Source: Thermoanaerobaculia bacterium
GTDB lineage: Bacteria; Acidobacteriota; Thermoanaerobaculia; Multivoradales; Multivoraceae
Direction of reading: 5' to 3'
DNA: 64,000 nt
NCBI GenBank assembly: GCA_963666565.1
Contig: OY762911.1
Span: 160,001-224,000, forward strand
Positions within the stretch are counted from its first letter, which is position 1; each line of letters opens with the position of its first letter. Of this stretch, positions 21,766 through 30,901 are shown piece by piece. The notes beneath the pieces were generated by a model. That model made no database searches. It was not told where the DNA came from and saw only the letters and a program-made list of their open reading frames with translations. The translations under genes were made by a program, and so were the position numbers.

Positions 21766-24117
21766 CTAGAAGTCGTAGGAGAACTCGACGCCATACGACC
21801 TCGGGCGGCCCTGGTAGTTGTAGTCGGGCGCCACGACCTCCTCGTAGTACCGCTCGTCGAGCAGGTTCTTGCCCCAGAAGGCGAAGCTCCAGACACTCCT
21901 CCGGAAGGCCAGCCGGGCGGCGACCAGGTCGAGGGGATCCCGAACAGGGACGCCGACGATCGTCCCGCCTTCGTGAAACCAGGTCTTGCCCCGGCGCTCC
22001 CAGTCGAGCCGCGCCGTCAGGTCCACGGTCGCCGACAGGGAGCGCTCGAGCTGCCAGCCGAGGTTCGACGTCAGCTTCGTGGTGTACGGAACCTGGTTGC
22101 CGACCGCCAGCGGATTCGCCGCGTACTCGACGATCTCCGCCTCGTTCCAGCCGACGCCGCCGTGCACGGAAAAGCCCGTCGCCGCGAGCCAGGTGAACTC
22201 GACCTCGGCGCCGGAGATGTCCACCGCGTCGACGTTGTTCACGATCTGCGCATTGACCGCGCCGTTGAAGTTGAAGGTCTGCAGGTCGTCGGCTTCCGCG
22301 ACGAAGACGGCGCCGTTCAGGATCAGGTTGGCCGCGGGCCACACCGTCTTGAAGCCCGCCTCCAGGTTGCGGGACTCCTCCTGTTCGTACACCGAATCGG
22401 CGATGGGCTCGCCGGTGAACGGGGCGATCTCGGTTCCCGGCGCGTTGAAGCCGCCGGAGCGGAAGCCCTCGGCGTAGGTGAGATAGAGGGTCGAGTAGTC
22501 CGAAGTGGTCCAGCGCAGAGTCGCCTTGGGCTGCAACTTCGAGAACGTCGCCTCCCGCATGGCCGGCCCCGCGATCGGGATGCCGTAGCCGTCCACCCTG
22601 TACCCGTCCGGCCGGGGATCCGTCTGCTCCCTTCGATCTTCGTCGTACCGGCCCGAAAGGGTGAGCTCGACATCCTCACCCAGGTCGAAGCTGGCCTGGC
22701 CGAACAGGGCGAAGGCCGCGTCGTCGTTCTCCTCAGCGAAGTAGGAGCGCGTGGATTGCGGCGTCGCGGGGTCGAAGTCCAGGGACGTGAGGATGGCGCC
22801 GCCAAGGTCTTCGCTGGTGCCGGTCACGAGGGAGCGGTCCCGCTGCAGGGCATAGGCGCCCAGGATGTAGCGCACCCGCCGGTCGACGGCGGACGTCAGC
22901 CGGATCTCCTGGCTGGACGAACGGATCGCGTTGTCCTGGAAGGTCGTGTTGAAGCCGGCCGGGAACAGCGCGTCGTCTCCGTCGGGGTCGCCGCTCGGCC
23001 CCAGGAAGAGGAGCCGCGGCCGGTCGCATGGAACCAGCGCATCCGAGACGAGACTGAAGCCGTACAGGTAGCACCGCGTGTTGTCCGAGTAGTCGAAGCC
23101 GTCGAAGGCGACCAGGTGGTCCACCTCGCTCCAGGCCCCGATCATCCGCAGTTGACCCGCCGGCGTCTCGAGGTCGAACTTCAGAGAGAAGTCCAACAGG
23201 TCGCGGTCGTCGAACCCGGTGACGTTGGATTCCGGCGGCACAACGACGTTCGCCACGTCGAGATCGACCGGGGGATCCAGGAACGGGACGCCGGAAACCT
23301 GCAGCAGGGGACGAGCGAAGTACGCCGCGCCCCCCTCGCGCGCGTTGGCGAACGCCCGGAAGTCCAGATTCGCCCGCTCCGACGCGTTCCAGTCGGCGCG
23401 AAACCGCACCGTCTCGTCCTCGAAGTCGTCGACGGTCTCGCCGGTCGCCGCGTTCTCGATCAGGCCGTCCGACCTGGCCCAGGCGGCCCCACCGCGCAGC
23501 GACAGGTTTTCGCTCGCCGGTCCGCCCAGCGACAAGGACGCGCTGGCCGAACTCCCCGCACCGGCGCCCAGCCTGAGCGCGCCGGCTAGACGGTCCCCCG
23601 GCCCACGCGTAGTGACGTTGATTGCGCCAGCGATCGCATTGCGCCCGTAGAGCGCGCCCTGCGGTCCCCGAAGAACCTCGATCTGCTCGATGTCGAAGAG
23701 CTCCTGGTTGAACTGGAGGGGACTGGCCAGCAGGACGCCGTCGACCGAGATGGCGACCGGGGTCTCGCCGTTCCGGATCTGGCCGACGCCCCGGACGTTG
23801 ATTGCGACGTTCCCGGAATCCTGCGCGTCCGCGATCGTCACGTTCGGCGTGAGAGCGATGAAGTCCGCCGCGCGGCGCACAGCCGCGGTCTCGATGACCT
23901 CCGACGTGATCGCCGTCACCGCGACGGGTGCTTCCTGAAGGTTCTCCTCCCGAGCCCGGGGCGTGACCACGATCGTCTCGCTCACGATCGCCGGCGACGT
24001 CGATTCACCCTCCGTCTTCTCGTCTTCCTGAGCTGACGCCGCCGCCGGCAGCAGTAGCACCGGACTCAGTACCAGGGAACCGAAGCCGAGTCCGTTCCCG
24101 CCACACAGTCGCATCAT
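21766..24117 (-). CDS. TonB-dependent receptor
   Basis: ETIVVT TonB box, IEVLRGPQGALYGRNA.AGAIN plug, GFRSGGFN, KNLLDE.Y, terminal Phe; SD GGAGG upstream of ATG 24117. Confidence 0.95.
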   Translation of the reverse strand: MMRLCGGNGLGFGSLVLSPVLLLPAAASAQEDEKTEGESTSPAIVSETIVVTPRAREENLQEAPVAVTAITSEVIETAAVRRAADFIALTPNVTIADAQDSGNVAINVRGVGQIRNGETPVAISVDGVLLASPLQFNQELFDIEQIEVLRGPQGALYGRNAIAGAINVTTRGPGDRLAGALRLGAGAGSSASASLSLGGPASENLSLRGGAAWARSDGLIENAATGETVDDFEDETVRFRADWNASERANLDFRAFANAREGGAAYFARPLLQVSGVPFLDPPVDLDVANVVVPPESNVTGFDDRDLLDFSLKFDLETPAGQLRMIGAWSEVDHLVAFDGFDYSDNTRCYLYGFSLVSDALVPCDRPRLLFLGPSGDPDGDDALFPAGFNTTFQDNAIRSSSQEIRLTSAVDRRVRYILGAYALQRDRSLVTGTSEDLGGAILTSLDFDPATPQSTRSYFAEENDDAAFALFGQASFDLGEDVELTLSGRYDEDRREQTDPRPDGYRVDGYGIPIAGPAMREATFSKLQPKATLRWTTSDYSTLYLTYAEGFRSGGFNAPGTEIAPFTGEPIADSVYEQEESRNLEAGFKTVWPAANLILNGAVFVAEADDLQTFNFNGAVNAQIVNNVDAVDISGAEVEFTWLAATGFSVHGGVGWNEAEIVEYAANPLAVGNQVPYTTKLTSNLGWQLERSLSATVDLTARLDWERRGKTWFHEGGTIVGVPVRDPLDLVAARLAFRRSVWSFAFWGKNLLDERYYEEVVAPDYNYQGRPRSYGVEFSYDF

Positions 24118-24156
24118 GAAAGCGCCCTCCTCCAGGTTCCGATGGTCGGTTCCAAG

Positions 24157-24186
24157 GACTCTAGTAAAATCTTCACTATGAGTCAA
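24157..24186 (-). promoter_or_regulatory. Putative sigma70 promoter of the TonB receptor with overlapping inverted repeat
   Basis: TTGACT-17-TAGAGT on minus strand; imperfect palindrome GACTCTAGT...ACTATGAGTC in an AT-rich patch. Confidence 0.6.
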
Positions 24187-24214
24187 CTATTCTCTCCAGC
24201 AAACCGCGGCGCCG

Positions 24215-24243
24215 TTGACATGTTCTCCACATGAAACTACTGT
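24215..24243 (+). promoter_or_regulatory. Putative sigma70 promoter/operator of the second vapBC module
   Basis: TTGACA-17-TACTGT, 7 nt before ATG 24251; CATGT-N5-ACATG inverted repeat at 24219-24233. Confidence 0.7.
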
Positions 24244-24250
24244 TCGGGGC

Positions 24251-24487
24251 ATGTCCAAGATGCTCCAGATCCGGAACGTGCCCGAGGAGACCCACCGCCT
24301 GCTGAAGAGCCGCGCCGCGCTGGAAGGGGTGTCCATGTCCCACTTCGTGCTGCGGGAGATCGAGCGGATCGTGCGCCGGCCGAGCCGCCGGGAGGTGCTG
24401 GACACGATCCGCGGCCTGCCGCCGGTGACGCTGGAGGAAGCGCCGGCGGACGTCCTGCGGGAGGAGAGAGAGTCCCGCGAATGGTGA
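24251..24487 (+). CDS. FitA-like ribbon-helix-helix antitoxin
   Basis: LQIRNVPEETHRLLKSRAALEGVSMS; overlaps downstream PIN toxin. Confidence 0.85.
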   Translation: MSKMLQIRNVPEETHRLLKSRAALEGVSMSHFVLREIERIVRRPSRREVLDTIRGLPPVTLEEAPADVLREERESREW

Positions 24488-24870
24488 TCGACGCTTCCGC
24501 CGCCGTCGAGATGTTGCTGGGCACCCCGCGGGGCCGCCGCCTGAGCGGGAGACTGGAGGCGGAGTCGGTCGAGATTCACGTTCCCCACCTCGTGGACCTG
24601 GAGATCGCGCAGACGCTCCGCGGCTACGTGGGGCGCGGGGCGTTCGACGCCGAACGGGGTGCCCTGGCCCTGCGCCTCTGGCGCAATCTCCGGGCGGAAC
24701 GCTACGGGCACCACCGGTTCCTGGACCGGATATGGGAACTCCGGCACAACGTCTCGGCATACGATGCGGTCTACGTTGCCCTCGCCGAGGCCCTGTCCAC
24801 CGTCCTGCTGACGGCGGACCGCAAGCTCGCCGGCGCTCCGGGCCTCGAAGACCGCATCGAGTCGATCTGA
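24481..24870 (+). CDS. vapC: VapC/PIN-domain toxin
   Basis: VIDASA, PHLVDLE, AYDAVYVALAE, LLTAD. Confidence 0.9.
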   Translation: MVIDASAAVEMLLGTPRGRRLSGRLEAESVEIHVPHLVDLEIAQTLRGYVGRGAFDAERGALALRLWRNLRAERYGHHRFLDRIWELRHNVSAYDAVYVALAEALSTVLLTADRKLAGAPGLEDRIESI

Positions 24871-24903
24871 ACTTGGCCGCCATCCAGAGCCGACCGCCCG
24901 TCG

Positions 24904-26085
24904 ATGACGACTGAAGGCGCCCGCCAACGGTCCGGTCACGCCGGCGACCCGACCCGAGGGTGCCGAATCGGCCTCGTCCTCACCGGCGGCGGGGCGCGCG
25001 CGGCCTATCAGGTCGGACTGGTCCGGCATCTGGCGAAGCGGCTGCCGGAGTTCCATTTCGACGTGCTGACCGGCGTCTCGGCCGGCGCGATCAACGCCTC
25101 GTTTCTCGCGTCCCACCCGGGCAGCGCCGCCGAGGCGACGGAAGAACTGAGCCGGGTCTGGCTCGAACTGACGCCCGATCACGTCTTCCGCGACGATGGC
25201 TGGTCGCTGGGCAAGATCGTTGTCCGCTGGCTGCTGAACCTGGCCTCGGGCGGCCTGCGCTACCGGCCGCAGGTTCGCGGCCTGGTCGACGCGTCGCCGC
25301 TCGGAGGCCACCTGGCGAATGTCCTTCATGTCGAGCCGGGTAGCGGCCGCGTGCTGCCCGGCATCGCCCGGAACCTGGAGCGCGGCCGGCTCGACGCGGT
25401 GGCCGTGACGACGGTCGAGTGGTCGACGGGGCACACGGTCACCTGGGTCCAGGGACGCGACATCGAGACCTGGGAACGTCCCAAGCGGCGCTCGGAGCGG
25501 GCGCTGCTGACCCTCGACCACGTCCTGGCCTCCGCCTCGCTGCCGTTCATCTTCCCCGCCGTCCGCATCGGCGACGCCTGGCACGGCGACGGCGGCGTCC
25601 GCCTGACGTCGCCGTTGTCGCCGGCCCTGCACTTGGGCTGCGACCGCCTGATCGCCGTCTCGACCCGGCACGAACCGCCGGTCCCGAGAGCCGCCGCCGC
25701 GGCCTACCCGCCGCCGGCCCAGTTCGCCGGCGTGCTGCTGAACGCCGTGTTCCTGGATCAGCTCGACCAGGACGCGAACCGCCTGGAACTCGTCAACCGG
25801 CTGCTGGCGCGGCTGCCGGAGTCGGAGCGCGGAGCGCTACGGCTCGTCGACCTCGTGGTGCTCCGGCCGTCAGAAGACCTCGGCCGGCTGGCCAGCCGCT
25901 TCGAGCCCCGGCTGCCCAAGGCGTTCCGCTTCATGACCCGCGGTCTGGGCACCCGGGACACGGCAAGCCCGGACCTGCTCAGTCTCCTGATGTTCCAGCC
26001 CGACTACATCCGGGCGCTGATTGAGGTCGGAGAGCGGGACGCTGAAGCTCGCCACGAGGAGATCGCCGAACTGGTTCGCAGATAG
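24904..26085 (+). CDS. Patatin-like phospholipase
   Basis: GGGARAAYQ, GVSAG (GxSxG), DGG. Confidence 0.9.
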   Translation: MTTEGARQRSGHAGDPTRGCRIGLVLTGGGARAAYQVGLVRHLAKRLPEFHFDVLTGVSAGAINASFLASHPGSAAEATEELSRVWLELTPDHVFRDDGWSLGKIVVRWLLNLASGGLRYRPQVRGLVDASPLGGHLANVLHVEPGSGRVLPGIARNLERGRLDAVAVTTVEWSTGHTVTWVQGRDIETWERPKRRSERALLTLDHVLASASLPFIFPAVRIGDAWHGDGGVRLTSPLSPALHLGCDRLIAVSTRHEPPVPRAAAAAYPPPAQFAGVLLNAVFLDQLDQDANRLELVNRLLARLPESERGALRLVDLVVLRPSEDLGRLASRFEPRLPKAFRFMTRGLGTRDTASPDLLSLLMFQPDYIRALIEVGERDAEARHEEIAELVRR

Positions 26086-26109
26086 CGCGGTGCGTCGTCC
26101 AGCCCAGCC

Positions 26110-26269
26110 GGGTCAGGAGGGGTCGGCGTCCAGGTGCCTCTGAACGAGCGACGGCCGACGACGTTGCAGTCACCGACACCCAACCGGAGCGAGTGAAGCG
26201 GAGCAAGCGCAACCCTGCCCTTCTCCTCTCGAGCGCGCGCGTCACCTGGGCGCCGACCCCTCCTGACCC
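26110..26269 (+). repeat. Structured intergenic element, diverged copy (27-bp closing stem, 106-nt core)
   Basis: 26110-26136 pairs with 26243-26269 (one G-T); core shares motifs with copies at 48.2 and 52.1 kb. Confidence 0.75.
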
Positions 26270-26309
26270 AAGACGGGCGAGTCCGTCCTCCGCCGCGCCG
26301 GGTGGCGGC

Positions 26310-26376
26310 GGCCTGACGGCCGCCCGTCTTCTCGCCGCCTTCGGCGGCAAGCGGGTCGGAAGACCCGCGCACCCGG
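26310..26376. repeat. REP-like double-hairpin element
   Basis: GCCGCC-TTC-GGCGGC then GCGGGTC-GGAA-GACCCGC-GCACCC; near-identical copies at 38730 and 48434/48520. Confidence 0.85.
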
Positions 26377-26389
26377 CGCGTCCACGCGG

Positions 26390-27451
26390 CTACGCGACGG
26401 TGACGTCGTCGCAGAGGTAGACGTCCTGGATGTGGTTCAGGAGCTCCACGCCCTCCGCCATCGGCCGCTGGAACGCCTTGCGGCCGGAAATCAGTCCCTG
26501 GCCGCCGGCGCGGCGGTTGATGACGGCGGTCCGCACGGCGGCTTCGAGGTCGCCGGCGCCGCTGGAGGAACCGCCCGAGTTGATCAGGCCGATCCGGCCC
26601 ATGTAGCAGTTCGCGACCTGCCAGCGCACGAGGTCGACGGGATGGTCGGACACCAGATCGCTGTAGACCAGGTCGTGAGTCTTGCCGAAGCCGACCGCCG
26701 GGAAGCCGCCGTTCTTTGTCGCCTGCTTCTGCTTGACGACGTCCGCCTCGATCGTCACGCCGAGGTGGTTCGCCTGGCCGGTCAGGTCGGCCGAGTCGTG
26801 GTAGTCGACGCCGTCCACGACGAACGCGCTGTTGCGGAGGTAGCACCAGAGAATGCAGGCCATGCCGAGTTCGTGGGCCTGCTGGAAGCACTCGGCGATC
26901 TCCACCAGCTCTTCCCGACACACCTCGGCGCCGAAGTAGACCGTGGCCCCAACCGCGGCCGCACCCAGATCCCAGGCCTGCTCCACCTGGGAGAACAGAA
27001 CCTGGTGGTACGTGTGGGGATGGGTCAGGCTCTCGTTGTGGTTGATCTTGACGATGAACGGGATCTTGTGGGCGTAGCGCCGGCCGATGCTGCCCAGCAC
27101 GCCGAGGGTGGAGGCGACGCCGTTGCAGCCGCCCTCCATCGCCAACCGGACGATGTTCTCGGGATCGAAGTAGATCGGGTTCGGCGCGAACGACGCCGCG
27201 CCCGAGTGCTCGATCCCCTGGTCCACGGGCAGGATGGAGAGATAGCCGGTGCCGCCGAGACGGCCGTGCCCGAGTAGCCGCTGCAGACTCGCCAGGGTGC
27301 GGTTGTTGCGGTCCGAGGGACCGAACGCGCGGTCGACGATGTCGGGCCCCGGCGCCGTCAGGTGGTCCTTCGGTATCCCGGTGCAGACGTGGCCGAGAAG
27401 GCTCTCCGCCTCGCTGCCGAGAAGCTGTTCGATGCGCGCGATGTCGGCCAT
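26390..27451 (-). CDS. fbaB: Class I fructose-bisphosphate aldolase (DhnA/FbaB type)
   Basis: [51 protein letters not shown]; SD GGAG before ATG 27451. Confidence 0.95.
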   Translation of the reverse strand: MADIARIEQLLGSEAESLLGHVCTGIPKDHLTAPGPDIVDRAFGPSDRNNRTLASLQRLLGHGRLGGTGYLSILPVDQGIEHSGAASFAPNPIYFDPENIVRLAMEGGCNGVASTLGVLGSIGRRYAHKIPFIVKINHNESLTHPHTYHQVLFSQVEQAWDLGAAAVGATVYFGAEVCREELVEIAECFQQAHELGMACILWCYLRNSAFVVDGVDYHDSADLTGQANHLGVTIEADVVKQKQATKNGGFPAVGFGKTHDLVYSDLVSDHPVDLVRWQVANCYMGRIGLINSGGSSSGAGDLEAAVRTAVINRRAGGQGLISGRKAFQRPMAEGVELLNHIQDVYLCDDVTVA

Positions 27452-27541
27452 GGTTCTCCTCCGGTTCAGCGACCCGGCGGGTCGGATCGGCGGCATTCTA
27501 GTAGCTGAACCGACACCGGCGGGAGGCGGCCGTCCGAAGCG

Positions 27542-28117
27542 TCAGTTCAGGCTGGAGGCGGGCGGCGGCGCCGTTTCGGGGCGGTCGAGCACGGCCAGGA
27601 GCTGGAGCAGCACGTCGAGCGCCGGACCCCACAGCCGGTGCCGGCCGAGGTGGTAGACGGCGAGCGGCACGGGCTGTCCCTCGATCTCGAAGGTCCTCTC
27701 CTCGACCAGCCGGGGCTGCCGGAGCGCCGACAGCGGCAGCCGCACGCCCGGCGCCTCCGCGTTGCTGCCGTCGTCTTCGGGAGACGGAACGGCGACGACG
27801 CAGGCCCGCAGCCGGAAGCCGCCGCTGCCGCCGACCTCGTCCAGCTCGCCGAGGCGGAGGATCCGCGACGGGTCGACGCCGAGACCGACGCTGCCGAGCC
27901 GCGCCACGGTCGGCCAGGGGTCGTCGCCCTCGAAGGCGGCCGCCGGGAAGCTGAGCGGCGGCGACTCGTTCGGCTCTTCCCGCAGCAGCGTCCAGAGTTC
28001 GGCCGACTCGACGTACAGCGGCACCACGACCGCGACCCTGGCGCCGTCGCCGTCCGGCGCCGCGGGCAGCCGCCTCGAACCCTCGAGCCGGCGCCGAACT
28101 TCGAGGATCCAGCTCAC
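27542..28117 (-). CDS. Degenerate CoA-pyrophosphatase-like Nudix protein
   Basis: AVVVPL, SFP, LGELD, LWG remnants of the NudL-type fold; Nudix-box Gly/Glu residues absent. Confidence 0.5.
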   Translation of the reverse strand: MSWILEVRRRLEGSRRLPAAPDGDGARVAVVVPLYVESAELWTLLREEPNESPPLSFPAAAFEGDDPWPTVARLGSVGLGVDPSRILRLGELDEVGGSGGFRLRACVVAVPSPEDDGSNAEAPGVRLPLSALRQPRLVEERTFEIEGQPVPLAVYHLGRHRLWGPALDVLLQLLAVLDRPETAPPPASSLN

Positions 28118-28148
28118 GGAGCCGACCCTATCCGCGGCGCGCCGCGCT

Positions 28149-29792
28149 TCACAGCTCGCGGTCGCAGGCGATGGCGCCGCAGAGGCTCATCGAGCCGCCG
28201 CCGAAGAGGTGCGGCTCGAACCGAAGCCGCGCCGGTCCGATCGGCCGCCGGATCCTGAGGGGGATCCGGCAGGAGTCGCCCGGCGGAAGGTCGCGCGGCA
28301 GCGGAATCCAGGGCCTGCCCCGGAGCAGGTCCCGTCCGCCGCTCCAGAGCTGGGGCTCCAGCACGACGCCGCCGTCCTCGTTGCGGCCCGAAAGCCAGGT
28401 GGCGAAGCCCGTGTTCGTGACGACGAGTTCGACCGACCGCCGCTCGCCCTCCCGCCAGGGCGGCTCGCAACCCTCGACGTCGATTCGCCCCGGCAACCAG
28501 CCCCAGGTCAGCGACGTGGGCGGCGAAGGCTCGGGCGCGAGGAACGCCTCGGGCTTCCCGGCCGGCGCGACGGACCACTCGTCCAGCACCTCGACCACCG
28601 CCCGCGCCGCCGCCGCCGGCTCGTGCTCGCGCTCGATGAAGGTCCGCGCCGCGGCGCCCATCTCCGCCAGCCGCTCCGGCGCCGCGAGAAGGCCCCGCAG
28701 CAGACCGGCGAGCGCGCCGGCCTCGGCGGCCGGATCGTCCTCCAGCGGCGCCTTGATCGCGACGCCGTCCGGCAGCTCGACGAACTGCGCGTAGTCCGAC
28801 ACGACCGCGGCCCGGCCCAGCGCCAGGATGCGCAGCAGCGACGCCGACGTCTCGCCCGCGCTCGGGTAGCGCAGGTTCAGGCACAGGTCGCAGGCGGCGA
28901 TGGCGGTCGGGAAGGTCCCGGGATCGAGAAAGCCGGTCATCGCGACCCGTTCCCGGACCCCCAGGTCCCGGGCCAGCGCCGCGAGATCGAACTCCGCCGC
29001 CACGTCTCCCACCACCAGCGCATGCGCCTCCTCCATCCCCGGCTCGGCGAGGATGCGAAGCAGCACGTCCGTGCGCTTGATCGGGGTCTGGAAGCCGAAG
29101 GAACCGATCAGCACGGCCGACGCGGGAATGCCGGCCTGACGCCGCCAGGCGGCCGCCCGCTCGGGCGCGGGCAGCTCGGGCGCCGGCATCGGCATCGGCA
29201 CCCGGCGCATCGGCGGCAGCCGGCCGTCGGCGAACTCCCCCAGCTCCTCCTCCAGGAACCGGAGACCCCAGTCGCTGTGGGTCAGCAGTCCCCGCTGCCG
29301 GAGCAGCAGCGACCGGTGCGCCGGCATCTCGAACAGACGCGCCCGGCCGTGGCCGCCCCAGCGGATCGAGAGCGCCGCGGCGGCGCCCTCCCAGCCGTGC
29401 TCGGCGCCCAGTCCGTCCACGTAGGCGTCCAGGTCGCCGGAAGCCAGCGTCGACTCGACCAGCAGGTGGTGCAGGCGCAGGTCGTGTACGGTCACCACCC
29501 CCGGAAACTCCATCGCCAACCGCCGCACGCCCTCGTGGTAGACGTTGTTGCCCATCTGGTAGAAGGGCAGGCGGCCGACGGGGTCCAGCGCCTCCGCGTC
29601 GACCGCCGGATAGCGGCTCAGGACCTCCGGCGCGACCTCCTGCCCCGGCAGGCGCACCAGGCGCAGGTCGCACAGGGGCGCGAGTTCGTCCAGCAGGTCG
29701 ACGCTGTAGTCGGCGATGCCCGATCTGACCGGCGGCAACGGCGACACGAAGTCGACCGCCGGGGATTTGCCGGCACTAGGCCCGATCGCCAT
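28149..29792 (-). CDS. Glycosyltransferase family 4 protein
   Basis: SPLPP..SGIADYS, YQMGNN.YH, LRYPSAGETSA. Confidence 0.85.
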   Translation of the reverse strand: MAIGPSAGKSPAVDFVSPLPPVRSGIADYSVDLLDELAPLCDLRLVRLPGQEVAPEVLSRYPAVDAEALDPVGRLPFYQMGNNVYHEGVRRLAMEFPGVVTVHDLRLHHLLVESTLASGDLDAYVDGLGAEHGWEGAAAALSIRWGGHGRARLFEMPAHRSLLLRQRGLLTHSDWGLRFLEEELGEFADGRLPPMRRVPMPMPAPELPAPERAAAWRRQAGIPASAVLIGSFGFQTPIKRTDVLLRILAEPGMEEAHALVVGDVAAEFDLAALARDLGVRERVAMTGFLDPGTFPTAIAACDLCLNLRYPSAGETSASLLRILALGRAAVVSDYAQFVELPDGVAIKAPLEDDPAAEAGALAGLLRGLLAAPERLAEMGAAARTFIEREHEPAAAARAVVEVLDEWSVAPAGKPEAFLAPEPSPPTSLTWGWLPGRIDVEGCEPPWREGERRSVELVVTNTGFATWLSGRNEDGGVVLEPQLWSGGRDLLRGRPWIPLPRDLPPGDSCRIPLRIRRPIGPARLRFEPHLFGGGSMSLCGAIACDREL

Positions 29793-30901
29793 CGGGAGCT
29801 TCGAGCTGCTGGCCCAGCCAGGCGTCGATGAACGGATCGAGGTCGCCGTCGAGCACGCGCTCCACCGCCGACACCTCGAGCCGGGTCCGGTGGTCCTTGA
29901 CCATGCGGTACGGGTGCAGGACGTAGCTGCGGATCTGGGACCCGAAGCCGATCTCCATCTTCTGGCCCTCGCGCTCCGCCTGTTCCTCGCGCCGCTTCTG
30001 CACTTCCCGGTCGTAGAGCCGCGCCTTGAGAATCTTCATCGCCATCGCGCGGTTCTTGATCTGGCTGCGCTCGTTCTGACAACTGACCACGATGCCGCTC
30101 GGCAGGTGGGTGATCCGCACCGCCGAGTCCGTCACGTTGACGTGCTGGCCGCCGGCGCCGGACGACCGGAAGGTATCGATGCGGATGTCCTTGTCCTCGA
30201 CCTCGACGTCGATGTCGTCCTCCACCTCGGGGTAGGCGTAGACGGAGGCGAACGAGGTGTGGCGCCGCTTCGCCGCGTCGAAGGGCGAGATGCGAACCAG
30301 CCGGTGGACGCCGTTCTCGCCGCGCAGGCGGCCGAAGGCGTAGTCGCCCCGCACCGCCACCGTAGCGCTCTTGAGCCCGGCCTCGTCGCCGTCCAGCCGC
30401 TCCAGCAGGGTGACGTCGAACCCGCTCCGCTCGGCCCAGCGCAGGTACATCCGCAGCAGGATCTCCGCCCAGTCCTGCGAGTCGGTCCCGCCCTCGCCGG
30501 GATGGATGGCGAGCAGGGCGCTGCGGTCGTCGTCCTCGCCGGAGAGCTTCAGTTCCAGGTCGAGCGCCGTCGACTCGCGCTCCACGCGGTCGATGAACGC
30601 GTCGAGTTCCGCGCCGTCCTCGTCGCCGAGGGCGTCCTCGGCGAGCAGTTCGAGCCAGGCCCCGATCTCGTCCCGGTCGGCGTCCAGCCGCGTCAGCGTC
30701 GCCCGCCGGCGTTCGAGGGCGCGGCGGCGGCGCAGGAGCGGCGCGCTCTTCCTCGGCTCGTCCCAGAAACCGGGCTGCTGCATCTCGTGATCCAGCGCGG
30801 CCAGCTGTTCCTCGAGCTCGGCCGGGTCAAAGATACCTCCGCAGGCCGTCGAGACGGACCCCGAGGTCGGAAAGCGAGCGGTTCGCGTCGGCGGCGATCA
30901 T
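29776..30901 (-). CDS. prfB: Peptide chain release factor 2, +1 programmed frameshift
   Basis: 24-codon ORF 30901-30830 ends GG AGG TAT CTT TGA C; downstream frame carries SPF and GGQ. Confidence 0.96.
30826..30840 (-). promoter_or_regulatory. RF2 frameshift cassette (internal SD + CTT TGA C)
   Basis: Minus strand GGAGGTATCTTTGAC. Confidence 0.95.
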
